DNA of 64,000 nt from Candidatus Latescibacterota bacterium (lineage in GTDB: Bacteria; Latescibacterota; UBA2968; UBA8231). The stretch spans positions 4,960,001 to 5,024,000 of the forward strand of contig OZ253462.1 in the NCBI GenBank assembly GCA_965261395.1, read 5' to 3'. Position 1 is the stretch's first letter; the number at the start of each line of letters is the position of its first letter. Of the stretch, positions 1 through 9,073 are shown piece after piece. The notes below the pieces were generated by a model, which ran no database searches, was not told where the DNA came from, and saw only the letters and a list, made by a program, of their open reading frames with translations. A program made the translations under genes and the position numbers.

Positions 1-1269
1 AAGCTGGCCAATGGGGGCTTCGACAATATTCTCACTTTGTCGGGCGATTACCCCATCGCCGGATACCAAGGCCAAGCCGGCGGCGTGTTCGACATCGATT
101 CAGTCGGCCTATTGCAATTGCTCGCCGACATGAACGAGGGGCGCTTTGAGGATGCCTCGCCGGGCCACAAGCCGCGTCCCTTAAAACCCACCCGCTTTTT
201 TCTCGGTGCCGCAGTCAACAACCACAAGCGGCTCGAAGCCGAGGTCATGCCGCAGTATTTCAAGCTGGCCAAAAAGATCCGCACCGGCGCCCGCTTCATC
301 ATCAGCCAAATCGGCTACGACGCCCGCAAGCAGGACGAGCTGCTCAAGTACATGGCCCTGCACAACCTCCAAGTTCCGGTCATCGCCAATGTCTTCGTCT
401 TGTCCGAGGGCGTGGCCCGCTTTTTCCACTCCGGCCGCATCCCCGGCGTCGAGGTCACCGACGAATTGCTCGCCGTGGCGCAAAAGCAAGCCGCCTCCCC
501 CGATAAGGGCAGGGCCTTCTTCCTCGAATTCGCCGCTCAGCAGTGCGCCATTGCCCAGGGCCTAGGCTACCGCGGCGTGTACTTGGGAGGCCACATCGGG
601 GTCGAGGAATACGGCCGCATTTTGGAACTAGCCGCACAGTACGCCCCAGACGACTGGCGCGATTTTGCCCGCCAGATCCGCTACTCGCGCCCCGGCGAAT
701 TCTTCTACTTTGAAGAAGACCCCGACACCGGCTTGGCCTCCGCCCAAGTTAACCAAACCTATCTCGACTCAAAGACGCCCAACGGTCGGCAAAAAGCTCG
801 CCGCCAAGCCTCCCTAATGTACAGGATAAATCGCCAGATCCACGATCGAGTCTTTGAGCCGGGCAAGGCCCTGTTCCGCCTAGGGACCGCCCTGTCGCGC
901 AAAGCCGATGAGGGGAAACTGCAAAAGCCCCTGCACACCGTGGAGCACGCGCTCAAAATCGCGGCCTTTGACTGCCGCGACTGCGGCGATTGCTCGCTGC
1001 CGGACATCGCCTATTTGTGCCCGGAATCGCAGTGTGTCAAAAATCAGCGCAACGGCCCCTGCGGCGGCACGCGCCAAGGCAAGTGCGAAGTCGGCGACAA
1101 GGACTGCATCTGGGCGCGCGCGTACGATCGCCTCAAAGGCTATGGCGAAGAGGAACAAATGCTCGGCGACACAACCGTCATCAAGGACGCGGCCTTACAG
1201 GGCACCAGTGCCTGGGCCAACGCCTTTTTGCAAAGGGATCACCGTGGGAAGAAGAAAGATTCTCAGTAA
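1..1269 (+). CDS. metF: Methylenetetrahydrofolate reductase (MetF-like) with C-terminal Cys-rich MetV-like zinc-finger domain; 5' end lies outside the window
   Basis: Frame open from base 1 (KLANGGFDNILTLSGDYP). MTHFR motifs KKIRTGARFIISQIGYD and C-terminal CRDCGDC...CP...C...NGPCGG...C...CIW. Confidence 0.85.
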   Translation, partial: KLANGGFDNILTLSGDYPIAGYQGQAGGVFDIDSVGLLQLLADMNEGRFEDASPGHKPRPLKPTRFFLGAAVNNHKRLEAEVMPQYFKLAKKIRTGARFIISQIGYDARKQDELLKYMALHNLQVPVIANVFVLSEGVARFFHSGRIPGVEVTDELLAVAQKQAASPDKGRAFFLEFAAQQCAIAQGLGYRGVYLGGHIGVEEYGRILELAAQYAPDDWRDFARQIRYSRPGEFFYFEEDPDTGLASAQVNQTYLDSKTPNGRQKARRQASLMYRINRQIHDRVFEPGKALFRLGTALSRKADEGKLQKPLHTVEHALKIAAFDCRDCGDCSLPDIAYLCPESQCVKNQRNGPCGGTRQGKCEVGDKDCIWARAYDRLKGYGEEEQMLGDTTVIKDAALQGTSAWANAFLQRDHRGKKKDSQ

Positions 1270-1315
1270 AGCTGGATTATCGACTAGCCCGTTACATCCC
1301 GCGCAGGCCCATCCG

Positions 1316-2974
1316 ATGATGCTCTTCCAACAACTAGTGCGCTACCTGTGGGTCGCCTGCTTGGGCACCGCAAGTGGCTGCGACCTCTTGCCGAAACCGC
1401 CCGTAGCGGAAGTAGGGCCTTACCAGATCACCGCCTCTGCGCTGCGGACTTTCGTCGCCGAATGGGCGGGGAGCAGACCCAGCTCGCAGACCGCCGAGCA
1501 AGCCCGTCGGCATTATCTGCAGACCATGATCGACGCCCGTCTATTGCTGGTAGAAGCTCGTTCCCGCGGAATCGATACCACACAGGCCGTGCGCGCAACG
1601 GTTCAGGACGCAATCGACAACCAGGTCAGCGCCCTCTATCGGGCCCGCGAAATCACGGATGCAATCGCAATTCCCGAAGACGAGATTCGCGCCTATTTCG
1701 ACGATGAGGGGTATGGCCTAGAGCGCAAAGTCAGCGGCATACTGGTGGAGAGCCAGAGTGAGGCTGATTCGGTTTTGACCCTATTGCGCGCCGGACGGCC
1801 CTTTGCAGAAGTAGCTGCTGCCTACTCCATAGATGCGCGCTCGGCCCGCCAAGGCGGCGAGCTGGGGTTCATAGGGCGCGACATGGCACCGCGGATCCAC
1901 ATCCCACCGGAGGTTTTCCGCACCCTTCCCCTCGGCACAATCTCGGAACCCATGTACACGGGCAAGTACTGGAACATTGTGCGCTTCACCGAAGAGCGGC
2001 CCGCCTCCTACGACAAGTATCGGGACTCCATCAAAAGGCAGCTCTTTGCAGAGCGATCTGCCCAAGCCACAAGGGAACACCTCGAACTGCTCCAGAACGC
2101 CTCTGAGGTGCGGCTGCGCGAAGAGGCCCTGCAACAGCTAGTAACCGCCTACCGACTACAGGACCTTTCCCCACTGACCGCGGAATCGCTTCCCCTATAT
2201 ACTTTTGACGAAGGCGAGATCACCGTGGCAGCAGCGGTGAAGGTTTTGCAGGAACAAAACATCGGCTCCGGGTTCGCCGACAGCGTTCAGGCAGCCTCCA
2301 CGCTCAAGCGCATCGTACTGAATCCCTTCCTCATCAAAGAGGCCGCACGGCGGGCCGGCTACTACCAAAAACCCGCAATCCAGCGGCTAAAAAAGACCAA
2401 AGAAGAGGAAGCCTTGCTCAACGGTCTCAAAGAGACTATAACGCGGGGAATAGATATATCCGACGCCGACGTGCGCCGCTACTACGACAGCCACCCCGAA
2501 ATTTTTAGCCACGAACCTGCCCTATGGGTTGAGGAACTACTCCTGCCCAGTGCCGACGAGGCTCAAGAAAAGAGCGCGCTGCTAGAAGGTGGTACTCCTT
2601 TTGCCGACCTAGCGGGCAAAAGCTTGCGGTCAGACGCTATTGAGAAGGCCAATCGATTCCATTTCCACCCGCTGGAGAAGGCCGTCTATCCCAAGCTGAT
2701 GGCGGCGGTCGAGGATGCACCCGAGGGCGAACTCGTCGGACCAGTAGCCGTCGAAGGAGGCTTTTCCCTCTTTCGCGTACTCGACCATGAGGATGCCTCC
2801 ATCGAACCCTATGAACAGGTTCGGAGGCGGGCCGCCGCCCTGCTGCGCCTAGAGCGGGAGCACTGGCACCTGCAAGCTCTGTTGAAGAAATTGCGAGAAA
2901 AGTACGCCGCCCAGATCAAGATCGACGAAGCGCGCCTGCGCGAAGCCGTACCCGACAGTCTCCTGCGACGCTAA
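1316..2974 (+). CDS. Parvulin/PpiC-type peptidyl-prolyl isomerase (PrsA/SurA-like foldase), probable lipoprotein
   Basis: Start taken at ATG 1316 within ORF 908..2974. Lipobox-like TASGC; rotamase motif FAEVAAAYSID...SARQGGELGF; second degenerate parvulin domain. Confidence 0.8.
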   Translation: MMLFQQLVRYLWVACLGTASGCDLLPKPPVAEVGPYQITASALRTFVAEWAGSRPSSQTAEQARRHYLQTMIDARLLLVEARSRGIDTTQAVRATVQDAIDNQVSALYRAREITDAIAIPEDEIRAYFDDEGYGLERKVSGILVESQSEADSVLTLLRAGRPFAEVAAAYSIDARSARQGGELGFIGRDMAPRIHIPPEVFRTLPLGTISEPMYTGKYWNIVRFTEERPASYDKYRDSIKRQLFAERSAQATREHLELLQNASEVRLREEALQQLVTAYRLQDLSPLTAESLPLYTFDEGEITVAAAVKVLQEQNIGSGFADSVQAASTLKRIVLNPFLIKEAARRAGYYQKPAIQRLKKTKEEEALLNGLKETITRGIDISDADVRRYYDSHPEIFSHEPALWVEELLLPSADEAQEKSALLEGGTPFADLAGKSLRSDAIEKANRFHFHPLEKAVYPKLMAAVEDAPEGELVGPVAVEGGFSLFRVLDHEDASIEPYEQVRRRAAALLRLEREHWHLQALLKKLREKYAAQIKIDEARLREAVPDSLLRR

Positions 2975-3152
2975 CAAGCTGTCTGGCAATTCCTAGTGCA
3001 GCTCCAACTCAGCATCCACCGAGATTGTCAGACAGCTTCTAAATCCCTTTACTCAGCCCTGCCAAATTGGTATTCTACACACAAAGTTGATGGGCCAGGA
3101 CCACCTGACCCGTTGAGTAGAGACCCGCCGCCTGCCCAATCAGGAGGTAGCC

Positions 3153-6100
3153 ATGGGACATTCCAGCAAACGACTCGTCCAGTCGTCGCCTCTTTTCTGC
3201 GCCTTGATTTTTTGTCTGAGTTTTCTCGCTGACGGGCGGGAAGCACTCGCCCAGCGCAGCAAAGGATATCGGGTTACCAACAGCAGCATCGTCGTCGAGA
3301 CCGCCGGGCACTGGCGCAACTGGCAGCTACCCGTCCATGCCGTCGATGTACTACCTGAAGGAGGGGTTCGACCCCACCGCTCGCGCCAGCGCTACAATAT
3401 CCTCGACGACCAAGCTACCTTTACCCGCCCCCTGAACGATTTCAGGCGCAAGAAAAACCAGCACGCCATCCTCAATATCGACAGCACCTTCACGCTCGAC
3501 GTACAGGGCAACGTCATTACCGACAAAAAAGACAACCCTCTCTATACCTACTTCGCCCGGCCGGGTATCAGCCGGGTAGGCTCCAATCCGCAAGCAGCGA
3601 AAAACATCCTCGATGGTGATCCGAACACCTACTGGGAACCGGACCGCAACGATCCCCTCGACGACTGGTGGATCGAGGTGGACTTGGGCAGGGTCGTGGC
3701 CGTCGATGAGATTTTGTTGCACTTCGCAAGCGAAGAGCTCGGCGACCCATTCCTGGGCTTCAGGGTTCTAATAGCGACCGACCAAGAAGCCATCATAGAA
3801 GACGCCGCCGAAGTGGACCTAGACCGCATCGGCGGCACGCAGGCACCCAACCGAGACCAGCGCGACTTCAGCTTCGCGGCACCCAACCGAGACCAGCGGG
3901 ATCTCAACTTCCCACTGGAGCAGCCTGAGAGTTCTCCTAGCTGGCGCGGCAGGCTGGTGCAGACCATTCGCATCGTCGTCACCGATACCCGCGCCGGCCG
4001 CGGCACCGAAGTCGATGAAGAGCAGTGGCTAGCGCTCGACCCGTCAGACCGGGGCGACATCGTCTACTTTGTCAAGGACCAGCAGGGTTTTGAGGAACGC
4101 TTGGACCAGAGCCGCCTCGAAGAGCCAGTAGAGACTTTCTACGACAACTTGCCACCCGAAAGGCAGGGAGCTAAAAAATTCTTCATCCGCGAGCGGCCCC
4201 GCCTAGCCGATATCGAGGTTTGGGGCTTTGGCGACAACATCAGCCCGGGGATCGTCAAGGGCGGCGGCAGCCTCTTTCTCTCAGGAGAAAATTTCTCGCC
4301 CGGCCCGGGTTTCGACGGCGACTACAATACCAATTTTATACACCTAGTCTGGTCTCCACTCATTGAGCGCGGCGTGCTGACCGTCGATATGGGTGCTTCC
4401 TTCTTCCTCGACGCCATAGCGGTTTCGACTTCGGGGCGGCGGCGCTTTATCGACGGCTATATCATGCGCGGCTCGGATGGCTCGCGGGATTCCTCCGGCC
4501 GTTTGAAGTGGCACCGCATCAGCCCGCGAGAACGCGAGGACAACAGCGTTGACCGCTACGAGCACCTCCTCGACTCGTATGAAGGGATCGAACTCCGTTT
4601 CCTCGAAATGACCGTCGTCTCCGTGGATCCCCGCCGCCGCGGCGGCTACAATACGGGAGCCGATATCGGCGAATATCAGATCTTTTCCCAAGGCTACCCC
4701 GCCGAGGTAGTGTTGACCTCGGACCTGATCGAATTGCCAGCCATTCGCAACTTCGGTCGCATCACCTACGAAAGCGAGGTCCCACCCGGCACCAACCTCG
4801 AAATTCGCACCCGATCCGGCGATCTGCTGGGCAAAATCATTCGCTACTTCGACAAATCCGGTACCGAACTCACCTTTGATTCCTGGGACGGCTTGCTCGG
4901 TAGCTACAAGGGGCCGATCGATACCTCCTTTGTGCCCGCCAGTGGCTGGAGTCCTTGGAGCCGAACTTATCAGCAGTCGGGAGATCGCGTCACTTCGCCG
5001 GGGTTGCGCAAGTTCATGCAGATCCAAGTCAAAATGGAGACCACAGACCGCAATATTGCCGCGACGGTCAACTCCATAGACATCGAACTCGTCAATCCGG
5101 TAGCCTCCAACATAGTGGCCGAGCTATGGCCGTATGAGGTAAAGGTGCCAGGACGGACCGATACCTTCGAGGTCTTTGTCCAGTCCCAGTTTATAGAGTC
5201 GCCCGCCTCCTCGCGCAGCGTCGGCTTCGACGAAATCCTCCTCGCCATGCCTCCTTCCCAAGATCTGCAACTTCTCGAAGTAGGCATCCAAGACAGCGGG
5301 GTTGGATCGGAGCGGATCTTCTCGCCCTCGGGAGACCCCACCCTCTTTGCCGATGGGGACGGCAGCCAACTCAAACTGCTGAATCCTAACTCCGATTCGC
5401 TCTGGGTGCGCCTGCCCGAATCTCTCAACGCGCTGGTGGACGCTCCCCGCATTTACAACCGCCTCACCTCCGAGGGCGAGCAAGTGCCGGTGACCGCAGA
5501 CGGCCTGTCGCTAACGGACGCAGCCTATGGCCTGCTCGAGGTAGAGGAACAGGGCGATGTCCGCTATTTCCGCCGCACCGTAGACGCCCAAGACGGGATC
5601 ACTCTGTCCGAGGTTTCCCAAGACGCCTACCAAGGACTCGATGCCGACCAGCAGGGTCCGATTCGCTACTTCCGCATCCTGCTCGGCGGTGGTGCCCAAT
5701 TTCCCTTTGATGCAGCGGGAGACTCGCTCGATGTGACGGCCTACAACCGCCTATCCTCCACCTCCCGGGGCATCGTGGTCGCTGCGGGGGCTCTAACGCG
5801 ACTGCGCTTTGCCGCCCCCGTCTTTGTCAACGGCACTACCTTGGAAATGGCCGTGCGCAACACCGGCGGCGGTGCCAATATGGCCGCGCCTTGGCAAAGC
5901 GTCGAAGCCGGCGACGCCACAGCGCTGATAGGCAGCAATGCTCTTTCGATCAACCTGCCACTCGACGCCAAGGCGATTGACGAGTTCCGCATCACTCCCA
6001 ATCCGTTTACTCCCAACGGCGATGGCATAAACGACGAGACTGAAATCCGCTTCTCTGTCTTCAAGCTCACCGCCCCACGACAGGCCCAGGTGCGGGTTTA

Positions 6101-6293
6101 CACGCTGGCGGGTCGCCCGATTTGGGAGCATACCCAGATGCTGCAAAGCGGTCGCGTCAGCGTTTTCTGGGATGGAACAGACCTGAACGGCCGCAAGGTG
6201 CCGCCTGGGCTATACATTTGCCAAGTGAATCTCGACACAGATCGGGAAAGTCGCTCGGCGACGCGGACGCGCTTACTCTCCATCGCCTATTAG
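3153..6293 (+). CDS. Large secreted protein with N-terminal discoidin/F5-8-like domain and C-terminal CHU_C/FlgD Ig-like domain
   Basis: SD GGAGG; signal peptide ending ALA; ILDGDPNTYW...WWIEVDLG discoidin motif; C-terminus ITPNPFTPNGDGIND...WDG...VPPGLY...SIAY. Confidence 0.75.
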   Translation: MGHSSKRLVQSSPLFCALIFCLSFLADGREALAQRSKGYRVTNSSIVVETAGHWRNWQLPVHAVDVLPEGGVRPHRSRQRYNILDDQATFTRPLNDFRRKKNQHAILNIDSTFTLDVQGNVITDKKDNPLYTYFARPGISRVGSNPQAAKNILDGDPNTYWEPDRNDPLDDWWIEVDLGRVVAVDEILLHFASEELGDPFLGFRVLIATDQEAIIEDAAEVDLDRIGGTQAPNRDQRDFSFAAPNRDQRDLNFPLEQPESSPSWRGRLVQTIRIVVTDTRAGRGTEVDEEQWLALDPSDRGDIVYFVKDQQGFEERLDQSRLEEPVETFYDNLPPERQGAKKFFIRERPRLADIEVWGFGDNISPGIVKGGGSLFLSGENFSPGPGFDGDYNTNFIHLVWSPLIERGVLTVDMGASFFLDAIAVSTSGRRRFIDGYIMRGSDGSRDSSGRLKWHRISPREREDNSVDRYEHLLDSYEGIELRFLEMTVVSVDPRRRGGYNTGADIGEYQIFSQGYPAEVVLTSDLIELPAIRNFGRITYESEVPPGTNLEIRTRSGDLLGKIIRYFDKSGTELTFDSWDGLLGSYKGPIDTSFVPASGWSPWSRTYQQSGDRVTSPGLRKFMQIQVKMETTDRNIAATVNSIDIELVNPVASNIVAELWPYEVKVPGRTDTFEVFVQSQFIESPASSRSVGFDEILLAMPPSQDLQLLEVGIQDSGVGSERIFSPSGDPTLFADGDGSQLKLLNPNSDSLWVRLPESLNALVDAPRIYNRLTSEGEQVPVTADGLSLTDAAYGLLEVEEQGDVRYFRRTVDAQDGITLSEVSQDAYQGLDADQQGPIRYFRILLGGGAQFPFDAAGDSLDVTAYNRLSSTSRGIVVAAGALTRLRFAAPVFVNGTTLEMAVRNTGGGANMAAPWQSVEAGDATALIGSNALSINLPLDAKAIDEFRITPNPFTPNGDGINDETEIRFSVFKLTAPRQAQVRVYTLAGRPIWEHTQMLQSGRVSVFWDGTDLNGRKVPPGLYICQVNLDTDRESRSATRTRLLSIAY
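3842..3913 (+). repeat. In-frame 36-bp tandem duplication (APNRDQRDFSFA / APNRDQRDLNFP)
   Basis: ggcacccaaccgagaccagcg starts at both 3842 and 3878. Confidence 0.9.
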
Positions 6294-6381
6294 GATTGTT
6301 TGACAGACAAGCGGTTTTGCCATACTTAGTTTTGGTTGTGGGATATTGGTAGTTGTGATCTACTGTTCTGAGGAGGTCGTC

Positions 6382-9063
6382 GTGAAGCGAACGAAAAGCA
6401 CCCGCTCGTTTGTGCTAGCTGTTATGGTCCCATGTTGTCTCCTGTCGCTCCCCCAGCTTGGCACAGCCCAAGAATACGGTGCTCGTCTGGGAACCATCCA
6501 GCCAGACGGCGGAGTTTCCTTCGAGCCTCAAGGGCCTGGGGTCCTCTTCGGTGCCCTCGATCCGGCCAAGCGGAGGTGGTACGTGCCCCAGGAGCTCTAC
6601 AACGAGTACCGGTGGAGCCAATGGGAGTACTCCAACTATGCGCGCCGACACTATGAGCGCTACGTCAGAATCACCACCGAGGGCGATTCCTACTACGACC
6701 TCTACGGCAACTTCGTCACTCGTGGTTGGCTCATCTTTAACAACTCCCAATCTCAGCCCCAGCAGTTCGGCTCCTCGGTCCTCAAAGGCGACAGGTTCCA
6801 AGGCTGGTTCAGCGGCCTGTTGGTCTCGGCCGACGCCAAGGGCCAGCACCACTACTCGGTGACTATCGGCGACAATATCCGCACCACACTTACACCTATG
6901 ACCTTTTCCAAGCCCCGCTGGGACGGCGTCCAGTTCGACTACGCCGCTGACAAGTACCAAGGCACGCTCATTTACTCGCGCCTCAGCCAGCCCGGTGGCA
7001 GCACCACCCGTGACCAAGAAGTCCTCGCCACCAACGCCACCTCCATGATCGGCGGGCGCGGCACTGTGCAGGTGGGCGACTTCGCCACCCTAGGCTTGAC
7101 GGCCGTCAACTCCCACCAGTCCAACACCCTCATCAGCGGCTTCAGGGGCAACCCCGTCACCGGCAAACTCACTATCGACCAGAACCAGACGATTTCCTTC
7201 ATCGAAATCGTGCTACGCGACGACTCGCCCGAAGACCAAGTCGGCGGTGCTGCTTTCTTCCCCACTGGCTCCGATATCATCATTACCTACAACAACGGCA
7301 CGGTGGATCGGGGCAAGGATATCCGCTTCGAGCCGATCATCGAGGGCGGCTTTATCCGCCGAGGCTTCCTCTCGGCCGATGGCACCGAGGAAATCCGCCT
7401 GCGCTACGACTTCGACAGCCCAGCTTTTGTCAATCGTTCATCTGGGGCTAAGGAGGAAATCAAAAACGTCGAGTTCCGTCTAGTGCTGGGCAATGACTAC
7501 CAAGTCTGGGTCTCTTCGAACAACCAACTCAACGTCTCGGATGTCTCGGTGCTCTTACTAGTCGCCCAAGCCGAGGGCAATGTCCAAGACAACACCAACT
7601 TGCAGGTCGTCAGCTTCGAGTACGGTTTGCCCACGGCGACCCAAATCTGGGGTGCCACTCTCGAATTAGAAGAAGCTCTGGGCTTCAACTTCTACGGTGA
7701 ATACGACTTGAGTTACTCGTATGTCCAGTACCCCAACGTACTGCGCAAGAGCCACTTGGCCTCCTCGGGCCTTCGCGGCGACCGGGCGGCACCAGCTTGG
7801 ATGGTCAATCTCTCGCGCAACACGTATCCCTGGTTTGTCTTCGGCGAGGCCTACAGCATGGATCCGCGCTACAACACCAGGACCTTCACCACGCTGAGTT
7901 CCGGCTTTATTGACTACGAGGATGAGCGCGTCCACGTAGTCGAGCTCGTCGAGGACAACGATGACCAAGACCGCTATCCCGACACCGTGCGCAAGGACTG
8001 GCGTGCCGGCGACCAAGAAGTCTATCCCGGCTGGGACGAGAACAACGACTTCATCTCCGACTTCAACCAAAACGACAATCGCTTCCTCTCCAACTCCGTA
8101 CCCGACTACGAAGAGCCTTTCCTCCGCCACAACGTCGACCGTCCCGAGTTTCTCTTCGGCATCGATCTCAACAACAATGTCTGGATTGACCGCTTTGAAA
8201 ACGACGAGGCTCCCGACTACCCCTACAAGAAGGACCATCGGGGGTTCAACGTGTACGGCGGTATACACCTGACGCCAGAGGTCCGGCTGATGGCCGGGGT
8301 TCTGCGCGAAGATATCATCTCCTCGAATCAAAAAAACCGCGTTGACTACGTGCTTTTCACCCTCGACAAATCCACGCCTAACTGGGGCCGCTTTCGCTTC
8401 TTTGAGATGCTCAAGTCGGTCGAAGACGACATTCCCGACGACCTGCAGCAGTGGTTGCCCAACGCCAATATCCGCACCGGCGAGTCCACCAAAATCGAGG
8501 ACCCCCTCATCGCTCGCGACACCTATATCAACGCCCTGTGGTTGGGCCACGACTATCAGCACGGTGGCTTCATCGCCAAGAACTTCCTCAAATACGATAC
8601 GTATTACCAGCGCCTCGACGAAGACCAACGCGCCCCCTTAGGCTTGCGCCAGCGCGACTTTTTCTTTGGCTTCATCAACAAGGTGAGCTACCGCCTCGAC
8701 CTAGGCCGACTCTGGGTCGAGCCGCGCTGGAAGAGCGAGTACCGCAAACAGACCATCGACCTACTTTCGCAGGAAAGACGGACCGAACTTGCCGAGATCG
8801 GCGGTTTCCTACTGGGCTTTCCCATGCTCCAGCACACGACTCTGCAGCTCGGCTTGGAGTTCACCTTCGTCAACGATTTCGAGCGCGACCTCAACGACTT
8901 CAACAGCATCGTCGGGGCTGCCCAGTTCACTAATGTATCCGACTATCTGGGCTACAAGCTCACCACGCAGATGGGCATGCGGATAGACCGCCGCAACCCC
9001 AAGGACGGCGAATCGGAAACCATCACCGAAAGCTTCATCGCCGTTTACGCTGGCCTGCAATAA
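6382..9063 (+). CDS. Hypothetical secreted, probable outer-membrane beta-barrel protein with acidic Ca-binding-like motifs
   Basis: GTG start after GAGGAGG; signal peptide; many amphipathic beta-strand patterns; C-terminal strand FIAVYAGLQ; DNDDQDRYPD, DENNDFISD and DLNNNVWID motifs. Confidence 0.6.
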   Translation: MKRTKSTRSFVLAVMVPCCLLSLPQLGTAQEYGARLGTIQPDGGVSFEPQGPGVLFGALDPAKRRWYVPQELYNEYRWSQWEYSNYARRHYERYVRITTEGDSYYDLYGNFVTRGWLIFNNSQSQPQQFGSSVLKGDRFQGWFSGLLVSADAKGQHHYSVTIGDNIRTTLTPMTFSKPRWDGVQFDYAADKYQGTLIYSRLSQPGGSTTRDQEVLATNATSMIGGRGTVQVGDFATLGLTAVNSHQSNTLISGFRGNPVTGKLTIDQNQTISFIEIVLRDDSPEDQVGGAAFFPTGSDIIITYNNGTVDRGKDIRFEPIIEGGFIRRGFLSADGTEEIRLRYDFDSPAFVNRSSGAKEEIKNVEFRLVLGNDYQVWVSSNNQLNVSDVSVLLLVAQAEGNVQDNTNLQVVSFEYGLPTATQIWGATLELEEALGFNFYGEYDLSYSYVQYPNVLRKSHLASSGLRGDRAAPAWMVNLSRNTYPWFVFGEAYSMDPRYNTRTFTTLSSGFIDYEDERVHVVELVEDNDDQDRYPDTVRKDWRAGDQEVYPGWDENNDFISDFNQNDNRFLSNSVPDYEEPFLRHNVDRPEFLFGIDLNNNVWIDRFENDEAPDYPYKKDHRGFNVYGGIHLTPEVRLMAGVLREDIISSNQKNRVDYVLFTLDKSTPNWGRFRFFEMLKSVEDDIPDDLQQWLPNANIRTGESTKIEDPLIARDTYINALWLGHDYQHGGFIAKNFLKYDTYYQRLDEDQRAPLGLRQRDFFFGFINKVSYRLDLGRLWVEPRWKSEYRKQTIDLLSQERRTELAEIGGFLLGFPMLQHTTLQLGLEFTFVNDFERDLNDFNSIVGAAQFTNVSDYLGYKLTTQMGMRIDRRNPKDGESETITESFIAVYAGLQ

Positions 9064-9073
9064 CTTTGGCCTT

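Noticed and set aside
908-1315. N-terminal extension of ORF 908..2974
   Set aside because: It overlaps metF in another frame, and the lipoprotein signal only begins at ATG 1316.
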